From Kofleriaceae bacterium (lineage in GTDB: Bacteria; Myxococcota_A; Polyangia; Haliangiales; Haliangiaceae): 59,757 bases of DNA. A program made the translations under genes and the position numbers. Where the stretch lies: NCBI GenBank assembly GCA_046597055.1, contig JBKJLC010000062.1, positions 1 to 59,757 on the forward strand, in the 5' to 3' direction. How positions within the stretch are numbered: position 1 is the first letter of the stretch; the number at the start of each line of letters is the position of its first letter. This document shows, in pieces, positions 1 through 10,014 of the stretch. The notes beneath the pieces were generated by a model, which worked only from the letters and a program-made list of their open reading frames with translations, did not search any database and was not told where the DNA came from.

Positions 1-315
1 GAGGAAGCCGAGCAGACCGATCAGGATCGAGCTGCCGAAGTGAAGAACCTTGTCGTACCAGGGCCACGAGAGATAGAGCCCGACCATGGTGCCGAGTGTC
101 ATGTCCGACACCATGAGCCCGAGCAGGACGAGATCGATCGCGACCGGGGATCTCACCTCGGCGCGCTTGGCCAGCGTCGCGAGCAAGGTGGTGAGCCCGA
201 GCGCGGCGAGGCAGTACACGCCGTAGAGAACGTCACCGCGTCCGGCCGCGACGATCGCAGTGACCAGGATCGCGCCTCGCAGAAGCGCGCGAGCTACCGA
301 GCGCGCAGGCGGCAT
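1..315 (-). CDS. Membrane protein, DUF2238/YjdF-like (runs off the left edge)
   Basis: Not in the ORF track. Manual translation from ATG at 315: MPPARSVARALLRGAILVTAIV...GLYLSWPWYDKVLHFGSSILIGLLGFL, with hydrophobic segments and a WYDKxxH motif. Confidence 0.65.
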   Translation of the reverse strand, partial: MPPARSVARALLRGAILVTAIVAAGRGDVLYGVYCLAALGLTTLLATLAKRAEVRSPVAIDLVLLGLMVSDMTLGTMVGLYLSWPWYDKVLHFGSSILIGLLGFL

Positions 316-461
316 GTCGAATCAGTACTGCAAGGCCCGAGCGAGGACTCGGTCGTGTGCTTGCGCGGCCGATGTCGGCGACGTGCGCGGCGGTGCGGCG
401 GTGCGGCGGGGCACGGAACCCGCAAAGAAACGGGGAGCGCGGCCACACCGCGGGCGCCCTC

Positions 462-705
462 TGTGCCAACGTGATTGAGACAGCGACCCCAGTCAAAATT
501 ACCGTCGAGGGCGAGCTTGGATCCGGTCACGATGCTGAACATGTCGAAGACGAACGGCGCCCCTCCGCGCGAGGGGACGGCCGCCGCGGTCAGGGAGGCG
601 GCGTGCTCGAGCGCCCCCTCCCCAGCGCCGGCGTCACCCGAGAGGCCGAAGCGGAGGACGTTCTCCCCCGAGTACAAGCGCCGCATCGTCCGCGAGGCGG
701 ACACC
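462..705 (+). mobile_element. IS3-family remnant (left end plus truncated OrfA)
   Basis: Starts TGTGCCAACGTGATTGAGACA, an IS3-type TG end. The ORF contains RPKRRTFSPEYKRRIVREAD, a typical OrfA HTH start, and then similarity stops. No OrfB or right end seen. Confidence 0.7.
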
Positions 706-1029
706 GCGCTGGCGTCCACCAACACGCCGAATCTCGGAGAATAAGTGGAGGACGACATCTGGAATACGATTGCCCGGTGTACGGCTCTCAAGTCCCTCAC
801 GACAAGCCACTTGTTGCACTCGCGTTCGTGAGCGATGGACATCAGCATCAACGTCAAGAGGCACCGAGCATACGCCTGTGCTCCACAGAGTGTGCGGTTC
901 TCGCCGAGAAGTCACCCGAGAAATATCGAGCGGCGGCGGCGGAAAACAGAGTCGCGGGCGGCGGTAAACGCGGCCCCGAACTCGAGTGACTCGCTTGGAC
1001 CGGCATCTGGCGTCGCCCGGTAGCGTCAG

Positions 1030-1210
1030 CGCTTTCACCAGCGACGCGACGCCACCACGAGCACCGCCAGCGCAAGGCGATCCCACCGGCGGCGTACACG
1101 TGCGGCTCGAAGCTCACGAGTAGGGCGAGGCAGGCGGCGACGCCGAGGACAGCCGGCACGGGAACCCGACCGCCAACGGAACACGGAATGGCCGCTTGCG
1201 ATCCGGCGAC
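1030..1210 (-). pseudogene. APC-family amino acid permease, C-terminal fragment
   Basis: SPDRKRPFRVPLAVG, then after a frameshift VPVPAVLGVAACLALLVSFEPHVYAAGGIAL. The PDxxRPFRVP motif is typical of APC permease C-termini. Confidence 0.55.
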
Positions 1211-1213
1211 GCC

Positions 1214-1690
1214 TTGGTGCGCCCTGCGATCTCGGCCGACCGGGTCGCGGTGCGCCCGACGGTCGCGTCGAGTACCAGTTCCGCTGGCCCGATCCGACCG
1301 GCCGCACCTCCTGGGTGACCGACGGCCCCACCCTGTGCCGCCGCCTCGCCACGCTGACCCCGCCACGCAGCCGCCACATGGTTCGCTACCACGCTGTGTT
1401 CTGGTCGGCCAATCGCCTGCGCGACCGCGTCCTGCCCGTGCCAACCGACGACCACTCTCCCGAACCCGCGACCGCCTCGACGCTGGCGGGCCGCCTCGAC
1501 TGGGCCGCCTTGCTCGAGCTCGTCTTCGGCGCCGACGTCACGACCTGCCCGCGCTGCAGCGACACCCGCGCCGTACTCGCCTTCACGCCGCTCCCGACGT
1601 CACCGCCCGCATCCTCGGCCACCTCGGCCTGCACACCGCTGTCCCGCCCATCGCCGCCGCACGCGCCCCACCAGCCGACGACCCCAGCTC
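1214..1690 (+). pseudogene. IS91-like (Y2) transposase, C-terminal fragment, frameshifted
   Basis: Segments LVRPAISADRV..PDGRVEYQFR, LCRRLATLTPPRSRHMVRYHAVF, RLDWAALLELVFGADVTTCPRC and ARILGHLGL, spread across frames. Confidence 0.75.
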
Positions 1691-1860
1691 GACCTCGGCT
1701 TCGCTGACTTCTGATCCGCTCCGGTCACGCCGCTCCCGCGTGTGGGGACCCCCTGCGCCCGTCGCTCGATTCGCCTATCCGCCTGAGCAACCCTCGTGCC
1801 TGCCTGGTTCCCATGGCGATCGCGCGTTGCCAGACCGCGGGCGCTCGCGAAGAGTTCGCC

Positions 1861-2535
1861 ATGACCGCTCCGACTCGCTACCGTGCCGCGATCCTCGACG
1901 TCGATGGCACCCTGGTCGATAGCAACGACGCGCACGCGCACGCCTGGGTCGAGGCGTTCGCGGCGTCGGGCTTCGAGGTGATCTACACGACCGCGCGGCG
2001 GCTGGTCGGCAAGGGCGGCGACAAGCTGATCCCGGAGGCCACCGGGATGGCCGACGACGATCCGCGAGTCGAGGAGATCGGCGAGCGGCGCAGCGAGATC
2101 TTCTGCACGCGGTGGCTCGACCAGGTGCGGGCGCTGCCGGGGAGTCGTGACCTGGTCGTACGGATCCGCGACGCCGGGCTGGCGGTGGCGGTGGCGAGCT
2201 CGGCGAAGGCGCACGAGCTGCGGCCGCTGCTCGAACGCGCCGGGGTCGCCGACCTGATCGAGGTGCAGACCTCGAGCAGCGACGCGGCGCACTCCAAGCC
2301 TGACCCCGACATCGTCGCGGCGGCGCTGCGCAAGCTCGGGCTGGCGCCCGGCACGGCGGTGATGATCGGCGACACGCCGTACGATATCGAGGCGGCCCAC
2401 GCCGCCGGAGTCGACACCATCGCCTTGCAATCGGGAGGGTGGAGCCCGGCGCTGCTCGCCGGCGCGATCGCGATCTACGACGGGCCGGCGCATCTGTGTG
2501 CCCACTTCGAGACGTCGCCGCTGGGCCGGCGCTGA
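1861..2535 (+). CDS. HAD-family hydrolase (phosphoglycolate phosphatase-like)
   Basis: Motif I DVDGTLVDS, motif III SKPDPD, motif IV MIGDTPYD. Intact ORF. Confidence 0.92.
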   Translation: MTAPTRYRAAILDVDGTLVDSNDAHAHAWVEAFAASGFEVIYTTARRLVGKGGDKLIPEATGMADDDPRVEEIGERRSEIFCTRWLDQVRALPGSRDLVVRIRDAGLAVAVASSAKAHELRPLLERAGVADLIEVQTSSSDAAHSKPDPDIVAAALRKLGLAPGTAVMIGDTPYDIEAAHAAGVDTIALQSGGWSPALLAGAIAIYDGPAHLCAHFETSPLGRR

Positions 2536-2547
2536 ACGATCCCGGGC

Positions 2548-2657
2548 GGGATCGGCTGCCTGCTTGAGACTGGACCCCGGCCCTGCCGCTCCAGCTGCTG
2601 TGGCGCCGTCATCCCGAGTGGCGCGACCACCCGGTGGTCGTCGTCGACGAGGATCGC
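2548..2657 (+). pseudogene. imuB: ImuB/Y-family polymerase-like N-terminal fragment
   Basis: Translates PALPLQLLWRRHPEWRDHPVVVVDEDR, which resembles the N-terminus of deltaproteobacterial ImuB. Only about 35 codons remain. Confidence 0.5.
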
Positions 2658-2924
2658 GTCGTCGAGCGACCGCGACCCCGCCGATCGTCGCCCCCAGCTA
2701 CGTCAAGCTGTGGGTCACCGACGCCGGCGCGCTGCAGCAGGCGCTCGAGGCCGCCACCGACGCCACTCGCCCTGTTCCACCCCGGCGGCGACCGCCTGTT
2801 CGTAGGCGGCAACGGTTGCTGGCCCTCGTCGCCGGGTACACATTTTCGCCATGGGCAAGGCGACGCCCCATCAACGAGGTCCTCGAGGGCTGACGCCCGG
2901 TGCGCTCGCCTTCAGGCGAGGCCT

Positions 2925-3489
2925 TCGGAGTCGGTGGTCAGGCTCGCGCCACCCAGGACCCCGACCGTGCCGGCGCCGTGCTGCTCCTGGAGGCGCCCGA
3001 TCTCGCGCGCGACCCGCGCGATCGCGTCGGCGTACGGCATCGGCGCGAATCCGCCGGCCCGCCGCGCGCTGGTCGTGTCCCTATAGTTGTGTAGAAGCCG
3101 GTTTCTTGGGCTCCAAGAAAAGAAAGGGGGAACCTTCGGGACACGGTGTTCTCCCTTCAGCTATCTACACATCAATCGGGACTTGACCGCCGCGGCCGGC
3201 TCACGCCGGAACGCGGTGAGCAGGCGATCCGGGTGCGAGCCCTGCAGGTAGTGCTTGATTCCCTTGGGGCACAGCATCCCGTGGTTGAACGGGAACTCCT
3301 CCCACGGCTCGAACCCGATCACCTCGTTGCGGCAAACCTTGAGCTGGATCCCGCACTGCTGGCCACAGAAGCAGCAGTGGGTCTTGACCAGCTTGTCGGG
3401 CTGGTCCGCCGAGGTGCCGCGCGTGCCCACCGACAGATGCGGACCGAACGTGCGGTTGATCTCGAGTTCGTCGACGGGGGGGTGGCCAT
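2925..3489 (-). pseudogene. Molybdopterin oxidoreductase (NasA/FdhF-like) 5' fragment interrupted by a MITE
   Basis: 4Fe-4S motif [12 protein letters not shown]...LCPKG...HPDRL. Coding continues past the MITE as GGFAPMPYADAIARVAREIGRLQEQHGAGTVGVLGGASLTT, then is lost. Frameshift just after the ATG at 3489. Confidence 0.85.
3071..3188. mobile_element. 118-bp MITE with 25-bp imperfect terminal inverted repeats (IS256-like ends)
   Basis: Left end GGTCGTGTCCCTATAGTTGTGTAGA (3071-3095) matches the reverse complement of 3164-3188, GGTCAAGTCCCGATTGATGTGTAGA, at 20/25 positions. AT-richer interior with no transposase. GCCGCG occurs at 3061-3066 and 3189-3194. Confidence 0.8.
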
Positions 3490-3492
3490 GGC

Positions 3493-4097
3493 TCAGGTGT
3501 CCTGCTTGCTCCACAGTGCCCCCTGCGCGAGGCCGAACAGCGCGCGACGGCACGCCGGGCAGATCTGCTGGTAGTGCGTCGCGCCGGGCGCCGTGGTCTC
3601 GTAGCGGAATCCGAGCTCCCGCTCGACCGTGATCAGGTCGCGGATCATCGCCGCCGACGCGAAGTCACGGCGCAGCGACCGCAGCGCGCCTGCCCGGATG
3701 CCTGGCCGGCGGCCTTGTAGAAGGCGACCCGAGCTGGGCCGGTCGCTGGAAGATATGGAAGATATTCCCGAACGGAGCCACAGCAGGGTCACGATGACGG
3801 TGACCGCGTGGAGGATCGCGAGGAACTCGTATGCGTAGCCCCGCAGCCAAGTGTAGCTCACGGTCAGCACCAGGCCGGTCACGCTGATCGCGGCGAGCAG
3901 GACCAGCGGCAGGATGTCTTCGCCGAACTGCTGCACCGCCCCGGCGCCGGGGTCGCGCATCCGCCGGCGGAAGGCGAGCATCACGCCCGCGATCACCAGG
4001 AAGGATGCCCAGACCAGCCCGTGGAAGCCGATGAACGCGATGACGCCGTCGACGGGGAACTCGCCGGCGCTGATGCCGAAGACATAAGCCCGGTAGG
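3493..4097 (-). pseudogene. NarI-like membrane partner of the oxidoreductase, 5'-truncated and frameshifted
   Basis: FHGLVWASFLVIAGVMLAFRRR...EDILPLVLL...LAILHAVTVIVTLLWL / FGNIFHIFQRPAQLG ... [11 protein letters not shown]. Lies directly upstream of the oxidoreductase. Confidence 0.7.
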
Positions 4098-4185
4098 TCT
4101 AGAGCGCGCATGGAATGGCTGAGCGGGCCTCGCGGTGCTTGCCCGTCACGCTTGGTACATCACGCAGCACTTGGAGGGCCTGGCG

Positions 4186-6930
4186 TCACCTCGCGCGTCG
4201 GAGCCAGCGCGGCACCAGCTTGACGAGCTCCACCACCGCGACCGGCGCCAGGGAGCCCACCGCAACCACCCCCCAGTCGGCGGCCGTGAGCGGCACGGTG
4301 CGCAGGACCTCCCGCAGAAACGGCACATAGACGGCGGCGAGCTGCAGCACCACGCAGATGAGGATCGCCCCCCAGAGCCATCCGTTCGTGAACAGGCGGG
4401 ACGTGAACGCCGAGCGCGTCCGTGAGCGCGCGTTGAAGGCGTGGAAGACCTGCGCCAGCGCCAGCGTCATGAAGGCGACCGTGACGGCGTGCCGGAGCCC
4501 ATCGCCGTCTGCGCCGTACCAGCGCATGCCGACCGCGAAGGCCGCGAGCGTGCAGCCCGCGAGCAAGACGCCCTGCCAGATGATCAGCCAGCCGAAGCGG
4601 GGCGTCATTAGCGGCGTTGCCGGATCGAGCGGCGGCTGCTTCATCACGTCGGGAGCCGACGGCTCCAGCGCGAGCGCCATCGCGGGGAAGATGTCCGTGA
4701 TCAGGTTGAGCCAGAGGATCTGCAGCACGCCGAGTGGCAGCGGCCAGCCGATCATGATCGCGGCGAACACCGTCACGATCTCGGCGAAGTTGCACGAGAA
4801 CAGATAGTGGATGAAGCGCAAAATGTTGTGGACGATGATCCGCCCCTGCTCGACGGCGCCGACGATGGTGGAGAAGTTGTCATCGGTGATGACCATGTCG
4901 GCGGACTCCTTGGCGACCTCGGTGCCCCGGATGCCCATGGCGATGCCGATATCCGCTTGCCGAAGAGCAGGCGCGTCGTTCACGCCGTCTCCCGTCATCG
5001 CGACCACGTGGCCCTGCCGTTGCAGCGCGTCGACGATCTTGAGCTTGTGCTCGGGCGACGCGCGGGCGAAGACCGCGGCGTCGGTGACGACCTTCAGCCA
5101 GCCCTCCGCATCAAGTCCGCTCAGCTCACGGGCGTGCACGGTCCGCAACGGTTTGCCCTGCGGGTCGAGGTCGAGTCCCAGCTGGCGTGAGATCTCCACC
5201 GCGGTGGCCTGCTGATCGCCCGTGATCATGACGGCGCGGATCCCCGCTTCGCGGCAGGTGGTGATGGTGGCCTTGGCCTCGTCGCGCAGCGGGTCGATCA
5301 TGCCGACCAAGCCGACGAAGGTCAGCTCGCGCGTCAGGTCCTCTTCGCCGTGCTGCTCCGGCAACTCGCGGTATGCCAGTCCGAGCACGCGCAGCGCGGC
5401 GGCGGCGAGCTCGTCGTTGGTCGCGCTCCCGCGCTTCCGCGTCTCCGGGGACATCGGGGCGACGCCGTCGGCGCCGAGCTCGGACACGCTCGCCTCGAGC
5501 ACCGCGGCGGGCGAACCCTTCAGGTACGCGACGCGTTTGCCCTCGGGAGTGCTGTGTACCGTCACCATCAGCTTGGTTTCGCTGCTGAACGGAATCTCCC
5601 CGGTGCGGGGATAGTCGCGGTCGAGGCCGGCCCGGTCCAGCCCGGCCTTCTCCGCGGCGACGATCAGCGCGGCCTCGGTGGGATCGCCGAGCACGGTGGT
5701 GCCACCATCCGAGCGATCGAGCTTCGCGTCGTTGCAGAGGGCACCGATGCGCAGCGCCAGGCGCAGCGGCCCTTCGGCGCCAGCGTCCGTCGTCGGCTCG
5801 ACCTTCTGCCCTTCGACCTTGAACTCGCCTTGGACCGCGTAGCCGGTTCCGGTAACCTCCACGCGCCGCGCCGCGACGTCGAAGGCACGGACCGTCATCT
5901 CGTTCCGCGTCAACGTCCCCGTCTTGTCCGTGCAGATCACCGTCGTCGAGCCGAGCGCCTCGACAGCCGGAAGCCGGCGAATCAGCGCGTGCATGCGGGC
6001 CATCCGCTGCATCCCCACCGCGAGCGTCATCGTCGTCACCGCGAGCAGGCCTTCGGGTACCGCCGCGATCGCCAGCGAGATGCCGACCTCGACCATGAAG
6101 AGCAGGTTGTTGCCTCGGAGCCAGCCGACGAGCACGATCACGGCACAAAGCCCGAGCACGATGACGAGCAGCGCGCGGCTGAGCTGGGCGAGCTTGGCTT
6201 CCAGCGGCGTACCGTGCTCGCCAACTTCTTCGATGAGCGTGCCGATCTTGCCCATCTCGGTTTGCGCGCCGGTGGCGGTGACGATGAACCTGCCCCGACC
6301 ATCGGTGACCGCGGTGCCCGTGTGCACCATGCTGATCCGGTCGCCGAGCGGCGCCTCGCGATCGGCCACCGGGTCGGCGGATTTCGCAACCGGCAACGAC
6401 TCGCCGGTCAGCGCGGCTTCGTCCACCTGCAACCGGGCTTGCTCGATCACGCGGCCGTCCGCCGGCACGCGGTCTCCCGCGGGGAGGACCACCACGTCAC
6501 CGGGCACCAGTTCTTCTGCAGGGATCTGATGTTCCTCGCCATCACGCAGCACGCGAGCGACCGAGACCGCCTGCTTCCGCAACCCCGCGAGGGCGCTCGC
6601 CGCCTTCCACTCCGTCACGAAGCCGATGACGGCGTTGAGCACGATCACGACCAGGATCGCGATCGCCTCGATGACATCCCCGAGCGCGAGTGCGACGCCG
6701 CTGGCGGCGATGAGCAGTCCCACGATGAGACTACGGAACTGGTGAACGAGGATCGTCAGGGCCGACCGCTGTTTCGCCTCGGCGAGGGCGTTGCGGCCGT
6801 GTCGGTTGAGCCGTTCAGCCGCATCCGCGCTACCAAGGCCACGCGCGGTGTCCGAGTGCAACTCCGTCGCGGTTTCGTCTGCGGAGCGCGCGTGCCACGC
6901 GGGTTCGGTCATCAGCAACACTACTCCCAT
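4186..6930 (-). CDS. Cation-transporting P-type ATPase (type IIA-like, Ca2+/Mg2+)
   Basis: LTGES, VPEGL, DKTGTLT phosphorylation site, MITGD and TGDGVNDAPAL motifs. 914 aa, intact. The start may be 6912. Confidence 0.96.
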   Translation of the reverse strand: MGVVLLMTEPAWHARSADETATELHSDTARGLGSADAAERLNRHGRNALAEAKQRSALTILVHQFRSLIVGLLIAASGVALALGDVIEAIAILVVIVLNAVIGFVTEWKAASALAGLRKQAVSVARVLRDGEEHQIPAEELVPGDVVVLPAGDRVPADGRVIEQARLQVDEAALTGESLPVAKSADPVADREAPLGDRISMVHTGTAVTDGRGRFIVTATGAQTEMGKIGTLIEEVGEHGTPLEAKLAQLSRALLVIVLGLCAVIVLVGWLRGNNLLFMVEVGISLAIAAVPEGLLAVTTMTLAVGMQRMARMHALIRRLPAVEALGSTTVICTDKTGTLTRNEMTVRAFDVAARRVEVTGTGYAVQGEFKVEGQKVEPTTDAGAEGPLRLALRIGALCNDAKLDRSDGGTTVLGDPTEAALIVAAEKAGLDRAGLDRDYPRTGEIPFSSETKLMVTVHSTPEGKRVAYLKGSPAAVLEASVSELGADGVAPMSPETRKRGSATNDELAAAALRVLGLAYRELPEQHGEEDLTRELTFVGLVGMIDPLRDEAKATITTCREAGIRAVMITGDQQATAVEISRQLGLDLDPQGKPLRTVHARELSGLDAEGWLKVVTDAAVFARASPEHKLKIVDALQRQGHVVAMTGDGVNDAPALRQADIGIAMGIRGTEVAKESADMVITDDNFSTIVGAVEQGRIIVHNILRFIHYLFSCNFAEIVTVFAAIMIGWPLPLGVLQILWLNLITDIFPAMALALEPSAPDVMKQPPLDPATPLMTPRFGWLIIWQGVLLAGCTLAAFAVGMRWYGADGDGLRHAVTVAFMTLALAQVFHAFNARSRTRSAFTSRLFTNGWLWGAILICVVLQLAAVYVPFLREVLRTVPLTAADWGVVAVGSLAPVAVVELVKLVPRWLRRAR

Positions 6931-7107
6931 CTTGGAACCGTGCTCCCCCTACCCTTCGAGATTGCCCTTCCACCCTCCCCCGAACCCACACGATTCCGCC
7001 ATCCTCGTCGGCGTCATGCTGTCGCCATCGACCGAACCACGCATGACAACTAGGGTCCGCCATCGCCGCACGCGGGCATTTGAGCGGCAAAACGTTGGGA
7101 ACTACGC

Positions 7108-7230
7108 ATCTACGTCGCCGTCAACCTGCTCGTCGACAACGTGATGGAGCCGCGCCTGATGGCGTGCTCGCTCGGCCTGTCGCCGCTCGCGGTGGTGCTG
7201 GCGATGCTTGTCTGGGCCTTCTTGTTCTCT
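7108..7230 (+). pseudogene. AI-2E family transporter fragment
   Basis: IYVAVNLLVDNVMEPRLMACSLGLSPLAVVLAMLVWAFLF matches the N..EP.L....L.LSP motif. No start or remainder. Confidence 0.65.
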
Positions 7231-7425
7231 AGGTGCCGCTCACCGTCCTCGCGCGCGATCTGATCGAGTCGTGGCCGATCGTGGTGTCGCCCGAGATGTC
7301 GCTGATCTGAGCCGCCCCCGACACACACACATCGCGGAGTGAGCTCGGATCCTTCGCGAGCACCGGATTCATCGGGTGCTGGTCGCCGAGGAAGGCTCCT
7401 CGGGATCCTCATACTCACGCAACTA

Positions 7426-7462
7426 CACCGATTCCCGCGTCATGTCGGCGCGGGAATCGGTG
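7426..7462. terminator. Strong hairpin downstream of the 7499-7726 gene
   Basis: Perfect 14-bp stem CACCGATTCCCGCG / CGCGGGAATCGGTG with a 9-nt loop. No clear U-tract. Confidence 0.5.
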
Positions 7463-7498
7463 ACGCGTCGCAGGGGCACTCCGACCCGTGACGAAGGG

Positions 7499-7726
7499 TC
7501 AGTCCTTCCGGTCGAGCCACTTGTTCAGCGTGTCGCTGACGGCGTCGGACATCTTGTCCCAGCCGTCCTTCACGGCGTCCTCGACCTCGTCGAGACGCTT
7601 CTTGATGGAATCTCGCATCGAGGCCGCCTCCTGGCGTGAGTCAGCCTTGAGCTCGGCAAGCTTCGACTGCAGCTCATGCTTGCGGGCCTCAACGCGATCC
7701 TTCAGTTCATCAGATTTCTTCAGCAT
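7499..7726 (-). CDS. Small coiled-coil stress-associated protein (75 aa)
   Basis: MLKKSDELKDRVEARKHELQSKLAELKAD...KDGWDKMSDAVSDTLNKWLDRKD. Good codon usage and a sigma54-type box upstream. Confidence 0.75.
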   Translation of the reverse strand: MLKKSDELKDRVEARKHELQSKLAELKADSRQEAASMRDSIKKRLDEVEDAVKDGWDKMSDAVSDTLNKWLDRKD

Positions 7727-7738
7727 GGCCGCCGACCG

Positions 7739-7754
7739 AGCACGCGGCGTGCCA
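7739..7754 (-). promoter_or_regulatory. sigma54-type -24/-12 promoter
   Basis: TGGCACGCCGCGTGCT (GG-N10-GC), 12 nt before the ATG at 7726. Confidence 0.65.
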
Positions 7755-8108
7755 CCACGTGCTTGAAGCCTTCGTTGGTGTCGCAAGCCCACGCCGTGGC
7801 GGCACCGCCCGCATCGAGGTCGTCTGCACCTCCTCGTCCCGTCGAGCAGGACGGCGAGCCATCGCATCTCGCCGATGTGCTCGAGCGCGATCTCGACGAC
7901 GACAAGCTCATGGTGAGGCTGACAGCGCATGTCGCATGCCCTCTGGATTAGTGTGGCCGATGCAGGGATCCCGCTCATGTCGCCTCATCAACTGCGCGAG
8001 GAGGGCCAGCGGCGGTCTCCGCTCGCCGACCAGCCTCGAGTTGAGCAGATGTCGTGCGCTTCGCGCTCTCGATCTGCTCGCGCGATGCGGAGGCGCCGGG
8101 CACTTGAC

Positions 8109-8473
8109 TCAGTTGTGGTGCGGGCGCGGGCGGATGACCTGGCCGGCGTGGACTCGCGCGACGGCCATCAACACGAACAGCAGCACCGCGCCGGCGAGGT
8201 AAAGGTAGCCGGCGGGGTCGAGGGTCAGCCGGACCATCAGGCCGTGCAGCGCGGTGGTCGCGAACGCGACCGCCGGCAGCACCGGCCGGGTAAACGGGAA
8301 GGCGACCAGCCAGAACGCCGTCAAGATCCACAGGCCGACATAGAACAAGCCGACGTAGTTGACCAGCGGCGTGTAGCCTTGCCAGGGCTCGCCGCGGACG
8401 AAGTGCTGGCCCTCGACCACGCACAGACCGACCAGGATCAGGATCGCGAGAATGGCGGGAATGCGCGCTGCAT
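8109..8473 (-). pseudogene. Hypothetical four-TM membrane protein with a frameshift near the start
   Basis: AGGAGG RBS plus ATG at 8473 is out of frame with the hydrophobic body IPAILAILILVGLC...LYLAGAVLLFVLMAV. Confidence 0.5.
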
Positions 8474-8496
8474 GGTGCCTCCTACACACCGGAGAC

Positions 8497-8512
8497 AGCA
8501 AGGCACATGCCA
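8497..8512 (-). promoter_or_regulatory. sigma54-type -24/-12 promoter
   Basis: TGGCATGTGCCTTGCT, close to the consensus TGGCAC-N5-TTGC. Confidence 0.7.
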
Positions 8513-8562
8513 GCGGCGACCGCGTCCAGCGCGCAGGCGTCGTCACCGACGGCGGACGGCGC

Positions 8563-8578
8563 TGGCCCTGTGCCTGCA
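8563..8578 (+). promoter_or_regulatory. sigma54-type -24/-12 promoter (divergent partner)
   Basis: TGGCCCTGTGCCTGCA, 12 nt before the USP ATG at 8591. Confidence 0.55.
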
Positions 8579-8590
8579 TCTTCTCGGGGC

Positions 8591-9040
8591 ATGGTCCTCA
8601 TCCACCGCATTCTGGTTCCTACCGATTTTTCGGATGGCGCCCGCCGCGCGCTCGACTATGCGGTCGAGCAGGCCCGGGCCTTCGCCGCGTCCCTGGTGCT
8701 CGCCCACGCGCACGCGCCCCCGACGATCTACGCACCCGAGGGCGTGATGCTGACGCCGCTCTGGGACGAGCCGGAGCTTCGGGCCCAACTCGCGGACTCG
8801 CTCGCCAAGCTGGCGGCCGAGGTCCGCGAACGCGGGATCGCCGAGGTCTCGACCCAGTTGCTCAATGGCACGCCGTGGCAGGAGATCGTCCGGGCCGCCG
8901 CGGAGGACAAGTGCGACCTGATCGTGATGGGCACCCACGGTCGCGGCGGCCTCAAGCACCTGTTCCTTGGTTCGGTTGCCGAGCGAGTGGTGCGCAAGGC
9001 GCCGTGCCCGGTCCTCACCGTCGGGGCCCGCGTACCCTGA
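8591..9040 (+). CDS. Universal stress protein (UspA family)
   Basis: RILVPTDFS...DLIVMGTHGRGGLKHLFLGSVAERVVRKAPCPVLTV. Confidence 0.95.
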   Translation: MVLIHRILVPTDFSDGARRALDYAVEQARAFAASLVLAHAHAPPTIYAPEGVMLTPLWDEPELRAQLADSLAKLAAEVRERGIAEVSTQLLNGTPWQEIVRAAAEDKCDLIVMGTHGRGGLKHLFLGSVAERVVRKAPCPVLTVGARVP

Positions 9041-9050
9041 GCAACGGGCG

Positions 9051-9390
9051 TCACCGGTCGGCGACGCGGAGGTGCGCCGGCACCGCATCGGCGCCGAGAG
9101 GATCATCGCCGTGCGGCGACATCACCTCAGGCGCCAACGGTGGCTCGTACGGGACGCCGACTCCGGGGAGCAGGCTCGCCGCGTCGGTGCGCCGAAAGAG
9201 GCCTTTGGGATCGCGGCGCCGGCACTCGTCGATCGCCGTCGCGACGTGGACTTCGACGAATCGAGGTGCGCACGCCCGCGCCAGATCGCGCCAGCGCTGG
9301 CGGTGTGCGGTGGCGGCAACGATCGCCACCAGCCCCTGGCGTGCGGCCAGGCAGGCGAGCTGCGCGAGCGTCGTGTAGAAGCCGTCGCTC
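9051..9390 (-). pseudogene. cysC: Adenylyl-sulfate kinase C-terminal fragment
   Basis: FVEVHVATAIDECRRRDPKGLF...PGVGVPYEPPLAPEV. The N-terminal P-loop is missing. Confidence 0.75.
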
Positions 9391-9399
9391 GGTGGCCGA

Positions 9400-9875
9400 G
9401 AAGACGGCGCGGCTCGCGGATACCAGCGCGCTGGTCGCCCGCGGCGAAGCCTCGCCCGGAGGTTACCTCCGCGTGGTGGTCGGCACCGACTACTCCCCCC
9501 TGGCGCAGCGGGCGCTCGAAGCGCCTTCGAGTTGACGGCACCGGGCGGCGACGTCCACGTCGTGCACGCCTGGCTGCGCCGCTCCTCGAATATGACCTGA
9601 ACGGTGGGATCCTGGATCAGCTGCGCGAGGCGGCCGAGCAGGTGGCCGAGACCGAGCGAGCGCGGATCCTCGGCATGCCGCGACCACCGAGCGTAGCGGT
9701 ACGCTTCGATCTCCGCGATGGCATGCCGCTGGCGATCCTCGAGGCCGAATCCGGGTCGGCCGATCTGGTCGTCGTCGGCACCCATGGACGCCGCGGGGTG
9801 CGCCGCTTCTTCCTCGGCTCGGTGGCCAAGGCGACGATCCGCCATGCTCGCTGCACGGTTCTGATCGCGCGCTGA
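9400..9875 (+). pseudogene. Universal stress protein fragment, frameshifted
   Basis: RVVVGTDYSPLAQRALE in one frame and DLVVVGTHGRRGVRRFFLGSVAKATIRHARCTVLIAR in another. Confidence 0.8.
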
Positions 9876-10014
9876 CCGCCATCCGATGGCATGCCGCGGA
9901 CCAACCGCGAGCGCGGCGAGGCGTCAGTCTGGCGCAACAGTCCGACCGCGAGCCGGCGGCATTCCAAGGTAGGTCGCGTGGCAAGCGACGCACGCGGTGG
10001 TCAGCTCGCCCTAC

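Noticed and set aside
2658..2893. Protein-like fragments after the ImuB remnant (also 710-880 and 7770-7950)
   Set aside because: They look coding-derived but I could not assign a family, so they are not listed as features.
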